A stretch of DNA of 64,000 nt from a virus (taxonomy: Duplodnaviria > Caudoviricetes), in the IMG/VR virus record IMGVR_UViG_2802428849_000003, positions 5,391-69,390 of that record; one strand, written 5' to 3'. The translations under genes were made by a program, and so were the position numbers. Below are positions 7,308 through 16,488 of this stretch, piece after piece. The notes under the pieces were generated by a model, which saw only the letters and a program-made list of their open reading frames with translations, made no database searches and was not told the DNA's origin. Position 1 is the first letter of the stretch, and each line of letters opens with the position of its first letter.

Positions 7308-8297
7308 GTGATAGTCATGAATAAAAGTAAAAACAACACATTTTCAGATGATATAGTATCTGAGTTATATAACGAAGGTCATTCTTTAGAGAATATTTCC
7401 AAAATGTTTAATGTCAGTAGAAGGCAAATTAGAAATTCGCTCCATAGGACTAAAACGGAAATTAGGTCAAGATTGCCTTATGATGTTAATAAAAGAACTG
7501 AAACTGTTGATTATGCTCCATACAATCTATCTATAAGAGAAACTAGATATACAAATAGTCATAATAAATATTCTTCAAGCAACAAAGTATATACCGATGA
7601 ATTGTTTTTCAGTAGTTGGTCACACGAGTTAGCCTATTTCCTTGGATGGGTGGCCTCTGATGGCAATATATCTATGTCTAAAAACGTATTTAGAATTACC
7701 TCGACTGATATAGAACATTTAGAAAGCTTGTTTTCTTTATTTTCTTATGGTTGGACTACTACGATTAGGGAATGGAACAGCAAAGAGCAATCACACTACC
7801 TTCCTGCTGGAACTATATCTATAGCAAGGGAAGATATAATGAACAAGCTAATAGATTACGGAATACCACCAAATAAATCATTGATAATGGAGATGCCTTA
7901 TATTCCATCTGAATATGTAAGGGATTTTGTTAGAGGTGTGTTTGAAGGCGATGGTTGCATAACCTATAAAAACAATCTTTCTCCCAAAATAGTATTTGCT
8001 ACTGGTTCTAAAAATTTTGCATATGGACTTGGCAAGGCTATAGAAAAACAAACAGGGTTAAAAATACATGTATATGTTGATTGTAAAGAAACTTGGACTT
8101 TGGAATATGATTCCATTACATCGGTTAAAATGCTTTTTCAATATATGTATAAAGGAGTACCTTCCGAGTTAATTCTTAAAAGAAAGTATAACGTTTTTGT
8201 TGAGTTGTTCACTCTAAGAAATGAGGTTGATATTATTGGAAATAATGACAAACATTCGAGGGAAGGAAAATCCATATCACAAGAAACTACCATTTGA
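7308..8297 (+). CDS. free-standing LAGLIDADG homing endonuclease with N-terminal HTH
   Basis: LAYFLGWVASDG and FVRGVFEGDG double motifs; N-terminal SLENISKMFNVSRRQI HTH. Confidence 0.85.
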   Translation: MIVMNKSKNNTFSDDIVSELYNEGHSLENISKMFNVSRRQIRNSLHRTKTEIRSRLPYDVNKRTETVDYAPYNLSIRETRYTNSHNKYSSSNKVYTDELFFSSWSHELAYFLGWVASDGNISMSKNVFRITSTDIEHLESLFSLFSYGWTTTIREWNSKEQSHYLPAGTISIAREDIMNKLIDYGIPPNKSLIMEMPYIPSEYVRDFVRGVFEGDGCITYKNNLSPKIVFATGSKNFAYGLGKAIEKQTGLKIHVYVDCKETWTLEYDSITSVKMLFQYMYKGVPSELILKRKYNVFVELFTLRNEVDIIGNNDKHSREGKSISQETTI

Positions 8298-8409
8298 TGA
8301 TATAGAAACCTTGCATGAATGTTGTAACTGTGAAGGTTGTTTATGTGAGGATTTATGTAAGGAAGAAGGTGATTCCTTTGAAAGTCAAGATAGGAAACAA
8401 AATATATGA
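8221..8409 (+). CDS. small Cys-rich hypothetical protein (true start probably later, TTG/ATG)
   Basis: HECCNCEGCLC cluster; GAGGT RBS; overlaps neighbours. Confidence 0.35.
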   Translation: MRLILLEIMTNIRGKENPYHKKLPFDDIETLHECCNCEGCLCEDLCKEEGDSFESQDRKQNI

Positions 8410-8566
8410 CTCCAACGATGAACCTATTATGATTATTCTTGATAAACAAGATGTAGAGCATATATCCGATATGCCTAAACACTACACAAAATATTGTGTA
8501 TATCCTGAAATAGGCTATACGGAGGATAAAATAAGAGAATTTATTAAACTGAAAGAAGGTGAATAA
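8378..8566 (+). CDS. hypothetical phage protein
   Basis: AAGGTG RBS plus TTG start (MKVKIGNKIYDSNDEPIMIIL...). Confidence 0.55.
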   Translation: MKVKIGNKIYDSNDEPIMIILDKQDVEHISDMPKHYTKYCVYPEIGYTEDKIREFIKLKEGE

Positions 8567-9958
8567 ATGAGTGATAAATTTGGAGTACCAACGGATGAAC
8601 AACTAGCTAAAATAAATAAATTAGCTAAAAGAACCTTGTCTAAAGATGAGGTATTTGTATTTCCAAACAAATTAGCTGGAGATATGATTATTCCTGAAAG
8701 AAACGTTCAATTAACAAAGGAATTACTAGATGTGTTTTCCAGTGATGCAAACAAAGGTGTATCTCTCCTACTCGACCATAGCTGGAGTCCTGATGGATTT
8801 TGGGGACTAGGTGGTAGACCTAAGATGGCTATGTCTTATGGTAGAACTTTTGACAGTAGATATGGACCTGGTACAGAAGAAGGCGAAACTATATCTTTAA
8901 TCGCTGACCATTATATGGCTAGAGGAATTGAATTAGATGGAATAAAAACTGATGACCTTATAACTAGCATTGAAGCTGGTACATTATTTGATAGTTCCAT
9001 TGGGTTTTCATATGGGAAAGCTACTTGTTCTGTATGTGGGAAAAATTACCGTAAGTATGATGAATGTAAACATATAGCTGGTAGAACTTATGAAGTCGAA
9101 GGTGATGATGGAGTTACAAGAAATCAATTTTGTTATATCAAAGCGGAACCTCCTGGATTCCTGATGGAGAATAGTTTAGTATTTGATGGTGCTTATCCTG
9201 GAGCTGGTATTATGTCAAAGGCTGGGGATATAGTTGAGAATGAAAAAGGCACTTATCAGATAATAGATGATATGAAAGACATTGACCCTCTAAAACCTAT
9301 AGTTGCTACCTATAGTGAAAGAGTAGGGTTGCTCACTATGGTTAAAAAAACAGACCATAAGAAATTATTCAAAGGTGCAACTGTTGATGATGGTCCACAA
9401 ATCATGGATGGTAATGGAAAAGTTATTAATTTGAAAGGTGGTGAAAACTCAATGAATGAGAATTTAAAGAAAATGATTGAAGCTTTTGGCATTGAGTACA
9501 AGGAAGGTGAAACTAAATCTGAAGATGTACTTAGTCAATTAGCTGAAAAATGGGATGCTACAGTCAAAAGAATTAAGGCTTCTGTAGAACCATTAAAAAT
9601 CGCTGAAGGTGTAGAAGAGTTAGAAATCTATATGACTCAAGATCAAGTTAGTGAAAAATTAGGTACCGAATTATCTGCTGATGAAGTTTTAAAACTTGCT
9701 AAAGAAGGTCAAGAATATCGTAAGTCTTTATCAGATGAAGCTATAGCGATGGGTGTTCGTGCTATGGGTAATGACTTCCCTAAAGAAACGTGGGAAAATA
9801 GTTTTGCTAACATGGATACTAAGGCTATTAAGGACATAATGGCAACTTGGGAATTACAGGCTAATGCTAGTATACCTGCTGGTAGACAAACTGACCCTGC
9901 AGCTGGGCAAGGACATAAGTTATCAATTCCAGATGCTGCATTTAAGGTAGGAAAATAA
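8567..9958 (+). CDS. prohead protease / scaffold fusion (probable)
   Basis: Between portal and capsid; LLLDHSW, SSIGF, ENSLVFDGA protease-like motifs; charged helical C-terminus. Confidence 0.65.
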   Translation: MSDKFGVPTDEQLAKINKLAKRTLSKDEVFVFPNKLAGDMIIPERNVQLTKELLDVFSSDANKGVSLLLDHSWSPDGFWGLGGRPKMAMSYGRTFDSRYGPGTEEGETISLIADHYMARGIELDGIKTDDLITSIEAGTLFDSSIGFSYGKATCSVCGKNYRKYDECKHIAGRTYEVEGDDGVTRNQFCYIKAEPPGFLMENSLVFDGAYPGAGIMSKAGDIVENEKGTYQIIDDMKDIDPLKPIVATYSERVGLLTMVKKTDHKKLFKGATVDDGPQIMDGNGKVINLKGGENSMNENLKKMIEAFGIEYKEGETKSEDVLSQLAEKWDATVKRIKASVEPLKIAEGVEELEIYMTQDQVSEKLGTELSADEVLKLAKEGQEYRKSLSDEAIAMGVRAMGNDFPKETWENSFANMDTKAIKDIMATWELQANASIPAGRQTDPAAGQGHKLSIPDAAFKVGK

Positions 9959-9981
9959 AATAAAACTTAGGAGGTGTTTTC

Positions 9982-10155
9982 ATGCATGATATTACTAAGG
10001 AAACTATAAAAAACAGATTAAATTATGAAAAAGATAGATATTTAGAAAATGAACAAGAACTCTCTTGTCTAAGAAAAAGAATGGATGAATGTGGAGAAAT
10101 AAAGAAAAGGTTATCTGAAACAATTGAAGCACTAGAAAAAGATTTAAGTAAGTAA
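9982..10155 (+). CDS. 57-aa coiled-coil hypothetical protein
   Basis: Manually read; AGGAGGTG RBS; terminator follows. Confidence 0.55.
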   Translation: MHDITKETIKNRLNYEKDRYLENEQELSCLRKRMDECGEIKKRLSETIEALEKDLSK

Positions 10156-10169
10156 ATAACTCAAAGGCA

Positions 10170-10195
10170 AACCACTTTATATAGTGGTTATTTTT
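10170..10195 (+). terminator. intrinsic terminator
   Basis: AACCACT-TTATAT-AGTGGTT then ATTTTT. Confidence 0.65.
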
Positions 10196-10217
10196 ATGCC
10201 CAAAATTATGAAAGGAT

Positions 10218-10625
10218 GTGTTTTATATGTCAAGAGGTGGATTAGAATTTCGCATTCCTGAAAGTACTCAAATTACTTTCAAGGCTGGAGCTGGAATTAA
10301 GGCATTAGTTGCAGCTGCTGATAGAGATGCTGTTGTTGGAGTTCCTGTAGTTATTAGTGGTGCTGGTGAGGTCGACTTAGGCACTGATGGTGATACTGCA
10401 TTTGGTTTTATTGATGTTTATGAAATGGATGGCCATTGCTCTGTTCAAATTGACAAAATTAGGGATGATGTGCCTATAGGTGCCGTTGCTCCTACTGTTG
10501 GAAAGATTGTAGCTGTTGATGGTACAGGCAAAATCAAAGATTCATCTACTACTGCAAAGTTAAGAACTCCTGTTGTTCTTGCAGTTAATGAGACCAACAA
10601 AGTTGCAACTGTGTTTTTAGGTTAA
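10218..10625 (+). CDS. capsid decoration/cement protein (probable)
   Basis: Small Gly/Val/Ala-rich ORF immediately before the major capsid gene. Confidence 0.55.
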   Translation: MFYMSRGGLEFRIPESTQITFKAGAGIKALVAAADRDAVVGVPVVISGAGEVDLGTDGDTAFGFIDVYEMDGHCSVQIDKIRDDVPIGAVAPTVGKIVAVDGTGKIKDSSTTAKLRTPVVLAVNETNKVATVFLG

Positions 10626-10654
10626 TCCCAAAATTTGAAAGGAAGTGAAATAAT

Positions 10655-11740
10655 ATGAAGATTACTTTAAGCAATTTAACAAGTGAATTATACAATCAAG
10701 CTCACTCTAAAGAGATGACTTTTTCATCTTATTTAGAAAGTTTAGATCCAACACAAGAAGGTGGAAAACTTGATGCCTTTGAGAGATTAATGAAGGAAGC
10801 TGGAATATTAACACAATCTATTCCTGAGAAGAATCTATTCGCTTCTAAAGTTGAATCTTTCTACAGAACAAATGAAAACAAAGTATTGTTCCCTGAGTTT
10901 GTAGCAAGAACATTAGTGCAATCTATGCAAGAGTTCCCGCTATATAACTACTTAGTGGCTCAAAGAACTCCTATAGATAGCAATGTTTATAAGGCTTCTT
11001 ACTTAGATTTTAGTGACCCTAAGAATAAGAAAGCTACTGAAATGAGAAGGGTTACAGAGGCTGCTGATTTGCCAGTTGCTAAGTTGAGAATTGGCGGAAC
11101 CGCTATATCCTTCTACAAATATGGTAGAGCTGTTGAAGCTTCATATGAAGCATTGAGAAGAATGGATATTGAAATGTTCAAACGCCATATTGACAGAATC
11201 GGTGTTGATGCTGCTAACAATAAAATAGCTGAAATCATAGAGGTTATAAAAGACGGAGATGGAAATGGTAATGCTGCTCCTGCTCACAAAGTTAAAGATT
11301 TTGATGCTCAAGCAACTACTATTACTAGAACTGCATGGATAAAATTCTTATTGAAGTTCTATCCATATAACTGTGATACTATCGTTGCAAATGAAGATGG
11401 TTTAATTCAAATCTTAGAAGTATTATATCCTAAGTTTGAAGTAGCTTCAAAGATGGATGAATTATTAGCTAATGGGTTAAATGTAAAGACTACTTTACCA
11501 CAAGGTTTAATAGCTAATACTACATTACTATATAGCCCTAATATTGAAAAAATAAACGGTAAAGAAGCTATCTATGGTCTTAACAGAAACAACACTATCG
11601 AGGAATTATTCGAAGTTGGTTCTTCTATTAGTGAAGCTGATAAATTCATTAAGAATCAAACCGAGTTATTGACTGTATCTGAAAACAGTGGATTCCGTAA
11701 AATCTTTGCTGATGGTGCTAGAATACTAACTATAGAATAA
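10655..11740 (+). CDS. major capsid protein
   Basis: 361 aa, position, K.GRA.EASYEALRR pattern typical of HK97-fold capsids. Confidence 0.8.
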   Translation: MKITLSNLTSELYNQAHSKEMTFSSYLESLDPTQEGGKLDAFERLMKEAGILTQSIPEKNLFASKVESFYRTNENKVLFPEFVARTLVQSMQEFPLYNYLVAQRTPIDSNVYKASYLDFSDPKNKKATEMRRVTEAADLPVAKLRIGGTAISFYKYGRAVEASYEALRRMDIEMFKRHIDRIGVDAANNKIAEIIEVIKDGDGNGNAAPAHKVKDFDAQATTITRTAWIKFLLKFYPYNCDTIVANEDGLIQILEVLYPKFEVASKMDELLANGLNVKTTLPQGLIANTTLLYSPNIEKINGKEAIYGLNRNNTIEELFEVGSSISEADKFIKNQTELLTVSENSGFRKIFADGARILTIE

Positions 11741-11758
11741 TAAGGGGGTGTCTCCCCT

Positions 11759-12187
11759 ATGGAAAATAAGATATTAACTACTGAAAACTGGCAACAAAGA
11801 ATTAGGGATAAGATGGGTGTCGATGATGCCTATCTTCCTGATTCTGTTTTAGAACAACCAGACTGCATTGGAATAGCTGAAGCTAATATTATATCTATGA
11901 TACCTAACTACTCTACCCTAGATAGTGATAGTAAATTATATCTTGAAACTGCTGTTGTCCTAGAATGTTGTATACTGCTCTCCCCTTCTATGTCTGCTAG
12001 ACTACCTAAAAAAGAAGGTGGTCCTCATGCAAGTCATGAGCTATATATTAACTGGGATAATAAAAAAGCTGAATTTCAAGAGGAAAGAAATTCTTATATA
12101 GGGAAAATCATAGACTTAGAATTTCCTGAACTCTTATCTTCTTCCCTACCCCACTTTACAGTTACTTACCCTATAAGGAAGTGGTAA
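11759..12187 (+). CDS. head-tail connector/adaptor protein
   Basis: Helical 142 aa directly after the capsid gene. Confidence 0.55.
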   Translation: MENKILTTENWQQRIRDKMGVDDAYLPDSVLEQPDCIGIAEANIISMIPNYSTLDSDSKLYLETAVVLECCILLSPSMSARLPKKEGGPHASHELYINWDNKKAEFQEERNSYIGKIIDLEFPELLSSSLPHFTVTYPIRKW

Positions 12188-12188
12188 T

Positions 12189-12764
12189 ATGTCCTATGCT
12201 GAAAAGTTCCTTAAATCTAAAGGACAGGATTGTATCATTGAAAGAACTGTACCTGTTAATACTAAAGTATCAATAAAACGTTCCACAAAGGCTAGTAGAG
12301 ACTTAGGCATTCGTGAAGGATATTGGGAAGGGTTAATATTAAGTGATTCTAATCTTAAAAGTGGCGAAATCATTACTATTAGGAATATTAAATATTTAAT
12401 TCAATCTACTAACTATGACCCTGCTAGTATGGAATGTGCTTTCTTCTCTGCTAAATGTAATGCTATTATTCAGCATAAAAGATATGTTGAAGATGTAGAT
12501 GAAAATTACAATCCTATTCAAGAATGGCAAACTATCAATCCAGATGTGGCTTGTTATGGTGAAATCATTACTTCTAGGATGAGAGAAGTCGAAACTGGAC
12601 TAGAAGATAATGCAGTATATATCTTTCAAGTGCCAAAATCCTTAGGAGTTGCATTACTTGATAGGTTTGTATATGACAAAAATTATCAAGTTGTATCTAT
12701 AGATGATATTGGTCTTGAAGGTGTAGCAAGAGTTCAATTAGGTATGGATAATAGGCCTGATTAA
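12189..12764 (+). CDS. head closure/neck protein (probable)
   Basis: Position; beta-rich duplicated Y.V.S.D pattern. Confidence 0.5.
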   Translation: MSYAEKFLKSKGQDCIIERTVPVNTKVSIKRSTKASRDLGIREGYWEGLILSDSNLKSGEIITIRNIKYLIQSTNYDPASMECAFFSAKCNAIIQHKRYVEDVDENYNPIQEWQTINPDVACYGEIITSRMREVETGLEDNAVYIFQVPKSLGVALLDRFVYDKNYQVVSIDDIGLEGVARVQLGMDNRPD

Positions 12765-12962
12765 AGTTATGGAGGATAAAATGAATAGATATTTAGGTAG
12801 GAAATATTATGAAGAATACGAAAAACAAGTAGATGAGTTGGCAGAAAAATTTGATTTATGTCCGCATGAAGTTGATGATATCTTAAAAAATGCCGAAGGT
12901 GAAACTTTTGAAGAACAAATAGAGTTTTTTACAAAAGTGATGTCTGAGTATGATTAAAGTTA
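12758..12962 (+). mobile_element. single-gene cassette (62-aa acidic ORF 12769-12957) bounded by 12-bp direct repeats
   Basis: TGATTAAAGTTA at 12758-12769 and 12951-12962. Confidence 0.5.
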
Positions 12963-12975
12963 AGGGGGAATTAAA

Positions 12976-13347
12976 ATGTATGAAAAATACCTAGGACTTA
13001 ATTACCACAATCGTATTAGGAAGATGCTGACTTTACCAGAAGAAGTATTGCCTAATAGAATTATTGATGCAGACTTAAACATTGGTGGAATGAAGCAACT
13101 ACTCTCCCCTGCTCTTGAGAAAATGCAGATACATGGTAAACAAATTAATACTGAAGAAAAATATAATCAACTTGCTAATGCTGGTATATATTTTCTTTGT
13201 GGGATTTTATGTATGGCTATGAAAAGTCGTACCTCTGCCCCACCCTTCAATATTCCTAAGTATAAGAAAAATTGGGATAAGAAACAAAAGGGATATATGC
13301 AGAAAGGTAATATGTTAATGCAAGGATTGATGATGGGAGGTAATTAA
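12976..13347 (+). CDS. second head-tail connector-like protein (paralog of 11759-12187)
   Basis: Shared RIR..(M/L)...E/D..LP, C.(I)L and NWD.K motifs. Confidence 0.5.
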   Translation: MYEKYLGLNYHNRIRKMLTLPEEVLPNRIIDADLNIGGMKQLLSPALEKMQIHGKQINTEEKYNQLANAGIYFLCGILCMAMKSRTSAPPFNIPKYKKNWDKKQKGYMQKGNMLMQGLMMGGN

Positions 13348-13348
13348 T

Positions 13349-13594
13349 ATGGATGCAAAAATCAAAGAAGGAAAGCTGCAACATCTCTCAAGCTATGGAT
13401 TTCAAGAAACTGACAAATCTTATATTAGGGAAATAAAATATCCTGTACTTTTAGTAGTAGATAAAAAAACTCATTATATGGTAGTCAAGTCACCTATTGG
13501 TGAAGTTACATTTATGGAAAGCCATAAAGATAAGTTCCAAGATTTAATAGATGCTGATTTGGTCGAGTTTGTAAAAGGAAAACTTGATAGGTGA
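13349..13594 (+). CDS. hypothetical protein
   Basis: GGAGG RBS; 81 aa. Confidence 0.5.
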   Translation: MDAKIKEGKLQHLSSYGFQETDKSYIREIKYPVLLVVDKKTHYMVVKSPIGEVTFMESHKDKFQDLIDADLVEFVKGKLDR

Positions 13595-14141
13595 TTTTAT
13601 GTCAATAAGATTTGATAGCCAAGGTTGTATTACTTCCTTTAGACAAAGTTTAATTGATGCCATGAAGGATTTGCAACAGGAACTACTCAATGAAGCTAAA
13701 CAAGGCATGCAAACTCCCGAAGGTGCAAATAGCTTACATGATGAAGAAATCAAAGATATAGCTAATGTTATTACTGCCTCCATCGTTGGTGGTGCTTGGG
13801 CTGCTATGGATGAATTTGGAAAAGGGTCGGAAATGCAGAGAGACAATCCCGCATTAGAAAGTTACATTGGTGGAGATTTATGGAACCCAAAGCGTATGGG
13901 TCATACTATAGTTGGTAGACCAGAAGGTTCCTATACTAATATATTTGGCGAAAGAGCCTATTCAAGTGGTAGATATGAAGGACGATATATAGAACACATA
14001 GTTCCTTCTCGCCCTCCTTCAAAAGCAATTCAAACTGCTGCAAGATGGATGTCAGGAGAAGATGGCAGAATGAGAGAGAAAATTAAAGATACGATTAAGA
14101 ATTTCCCGTTTCATAAGTTTATTATTACTGATAAGAAATAG
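13584..14141 (+). CDS. neck/tail-completion protein (HK97 gp10-like, probable)
   Basis: Position; DEFGKG and P.RPP motifs. Confidence 0.5.
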   Translation: MIGDFMSIRFDSQGCITSFRQSLIDAMKDLQQELLNEAKQGMQTPEGANSLHDEEIKDIANVITASIVGGAWAAMDEFGKGSEMQRDNPALESYIGGDLWNPKRMGHTIVGRPEGSYTNIFGERAYSSGRYEGRYIEHIVPSRPPSKAIQTAARWMSGEDGRMREKIKDTIKNFPFHKFIITDKK

Positions 14142-14152
14142 GAGGAATAAGA

Positions 14153-14389
14153 ATGAAATTGTATGAGGTATGCAATGGGTTCATTGGAGATAGTTCTGTA
14201 AAAGTATTTGTTATTGCAGATACAGAAGAAAAAGCATTAGAGATAGCAAGGGATAAGTTTTTAAAAGAAGCAAGTGAGATTATATATGGAAAACCACGCT
14301 ATCCAAGTTTTTATTATGAAAATCTTACTGCTAAATGTTTGTGCGAAGATGTTTCATTAGAATGGTCATCAGAAGTTAGAGATGATTAA
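14153..14389 (+). CDS. hypothetical protein
   Basis: AGGAGG RBS; followed by terminator. Confidence 0.55.
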   Translation: MKLYEVCNGFIGDSSVKVFVIADTEEKALEIARDKFLKEASEIIYGKPRYPSFYYENLTAKCLCEDVSLEWSSEVRDD

Positions 14390-14410
14390 GCCCCTTATGG
14401 GGTATTTTTT
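14389..14410 (+). terminator. intrinsic terminator
   Basis: GCCCC-TTAT-GGGGT then T-run. Confidence 0.65.
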
Positions 14411-14431
14411 ATGCCCAAAGGTGGTGGTTGA

Positions 14432-14917
14432 ATGTTTAATCCTTCACAAGACTTAAATGCAATTCAAAGATTAATAATTGAAGATGAAACTATATTAGAA
14501 CTATTAGATTTAACTGGTTCTGCTATGGCTAAAAAAGTAAGTGATTATAGAGAAAAAAACAAAAATACTACACTTCCTACAGAAAATATTGAGAAGATTA
14601 TAATATCACAAAGTATTATTAAACGTAGTCAATGGGATACTCTTGCTACTAATGAGAAAAGGCTCTGTATTCACTTTGTGCCAGATAGACCTACAAGAAA
14701 TGAAAGTTTCTTACAATCTATTATTCAAATAGATATTCATGTCCCTGCAATTCATGATTTTAAGGCTTGGGAAATTCAAGAAAGAGTTAAAGTGATTTTA
14801 CACAAGAAAAGAATAAACAAAAAATACATTAAATTTTATGGCCAGCTTGGTGAACTCCCCACCATGCAAGGCTTTTTTTGTTGTGGGAGTAGATTTAAAT
14901 TTTATAGAACAATTTAA
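14432..14917 (+). CDS. tail terminator protein (probable)
   Basis: Precedes the tail tube gene; IQIDIHVP motif. Confidence 0.5.
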   Translation: MFNPSQDLNAIQRLIIEDETILELLDLTGSAMAKKVSDYREKNKNTTLPTENIEKIIISQSIIKRSQWDTLATNEKRLCIHFVPDRPTRNESFLQSIIQIDIHVPAIHDFKAWEIQERVKVILHKKRINKKYIKFYGQLGELPTMQGFFCCGSRFKFYRTI

Positions 14918-14922
14918 ACAAT

Positions 14923-15714
14923 TTGAAAGGATGTGTTGTTATGCAACCAATTGTATTCGATAAGGCTGGTAAATTTATGCTTAATAAGTATGTTGAGGGT
15001 AGACCTAAAAGAAGTGCTGCTACTTCCCTATTTAGAAATGGTGTTGTTCAGTCAATAACTCCTAACATCACTATCAATGGTACTCCTATATCCGATGGAA
15101 ATAGCTTATGGGCTGCTATGAACCTAGATACCTCTATAGAAGGTACTGTAGCTGTACAGTTAGGGTTTATGCCTCCTGAGCTATATGCTTTCATTATGGG
15201 TGACAAAATAGAAGAATTAGAAAAGGCTCCATTTCCTGTTATTGATGAGGAATTGCTAGTTCCAGATGAACCTCCGTATGAAGTGAATTTAAATAAAATA
15301 CCAATGACAGATACTCTTATTCTTGTTGATGTTCATGGAAAAGCTTTAGAGTCTTCTGAAACTGCAACTGCTGGGAAGTACACTTTAACTGGAAAAAAAC
15401 TAACATTCCATGAGGATGATGCTGGGAAGACATTATTTGCTGCTTATGATTTTGAAGCAACTAAAGTTACTAAATTTGGACTTCCTAAAACTCCAAATAG
15501 AGAATCTTATCAAGTTGTTATCTCTGGTGAAGCTATTGGCGAAGATGAAACTCTTTACGATACTGCCTTAATATTAGACAAAGCTAAGGTTTTAGGTTCT
15601 ATTAATCCTCCTGCTCAAGGTGGAGAACCTCAACCTACTATTATTACGTTTAATATCCAAAAACCTAGAGGTGGAAAGAGAGCTGTTGATTATATGGCTA
15701 CTCCAATGAAATAA
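14923..15714 (+). CDS. major tail (tube) protein
   Basis: 263 aa beta-rich, two genes upstream of the tape measure. Confidence 0.7.
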   Translation: MKGCVVMQPIVFDKAGKFMLNKYVEGRPKRSAATSLFRNGVVQSITPNITINGTPISDGNSLWAAMNLDTSIEGTVAVQLGFMPPELYAFIMGDKIEELEKAPFPVIDEELLVPDEPPYEVNLNKIPMTDTLILVDVHGKALESSETATAGKYTLTGKKLTFHEDDAGKTLFAAYDFEATKVTKFGLPKTPNRESYQVVISGEAIGEDETLYDTALILDKAKVLGSINPPAQGGEPQPTIITFNIQKPRGGKRAVDYMATPMK

Positions 15715-15739
15715 AGTCACATTATAAGGAGGTAATCTT

Positions 15740-16063
15740 ATGAGTAAGGCAAACAAATCCTCTACTCCTCTTTCTGTTATGTTAGGGGACGGGGATTCTT
15801 TTATTGTTAAAGAAAGGTCTTATACCGTCAAGCCTATTGCGTTAAAAGATATTGAAGAATTTATGAAAGATAATCTAAGTCTAGGTGTTCAACTTTTTAA
15901 TGTTTCTAATGAAAAAACTAAAGAAAAAGTAGATAGATGGCTAACTGGATATTGCTTTGATGAAGAAGGCAATCCTTTATCTCTTGAAAAAGCAATGGCT
16001 AATGATTGGGATGTTGTTGATCTAAAAGAATTCTTTAGAAAGTTGTGTGATTTCTCGGGATAG
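15740..16063 (+). CDS. tail assembly chaperone (gpG-like)
   Basis: Position between tube and tape measure genes. Confidence 0.7.
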   Translation: MSKANKSSTPLSVMLGDGDSFIVKERSYTVKPIALKDIEEFMKDNLSLGVQLFNVSNEKTKEKVDRWLTGYCFDEEGNPLSLEKAMANDWDVVDLKEFFRKLCDFSG

Positions 16064-16464
16064 CTTGGGCTCCTTCCAGTGATGATAAGGAAAGCAAATA
16101 CAATGATTGGACTTTAGAAGAGCTCAAAATTGAATGTAATAAAAGAAAACTAAAGCTAAATGAGTCTGACAATAAAGATGGTTTGATTTCTCTCCTTATC
16201 AAAGACGATAACAAGCCCCCTGACTGGGGGAAAATTTATTCCAGAGTGCTATATCATACAGGGATGGCCTATGAGGAAATTGCTCGTAGAACCATCCCTC
16301 AAATTATGGCCATTCTGGATGGAGCCGAAGAAAACATTTCAATAAAAATGGGACTACCTAATATACTTGGCACATCCACTCTATCCCCTACTCCACAAAA
16401 CAATGGAGAACCTCCAAAAGTTAGTCAATTTGCTGCTATAGCAAATATGTTTAATGGCATTTAA
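16051..16464 (+). CDS. gpT-like -1 frame extension of the chaperone, with SAP-like motif
   Basis: -1 frame open from 16051 with no good RBS/ATG; YNDWTLEELKIECNKRKL..NKDGLISLL SAP-like motif. Confidence 0.6.
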   Translation, partial: FLGIAWAPSSDDKESKYNDWTLEELKIECNKRKLKLNESDNKDGLISLLIKDDNKPPDWGKIYSRVLYHTGMAYEEIARRTIPQIMAILDGAEENISIKMGLPNILGTSTLSPTPQNNGEPPKVSQFAAIANMFNGI

Positions 16465-16488
16465 CGCACTAGAAAGTGTGGTGATTTT

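Noticed and set aside
7308-8297. Group I intron around the LAGLIDADG gene
   Set aside because: The gene is intergenic with its own promoter, the portal frame appears complete, and no intron core was recognisable by eye.
2275-14420. Recurrent TTTTTATGCC(C) after late terminators (about 2277, 10191, 14406) as a novel late-promoter motif
   Set aside because: Short, partly the terminator T-tract itself, and commonly seen after Firmicute phage terminators; too weak to call.
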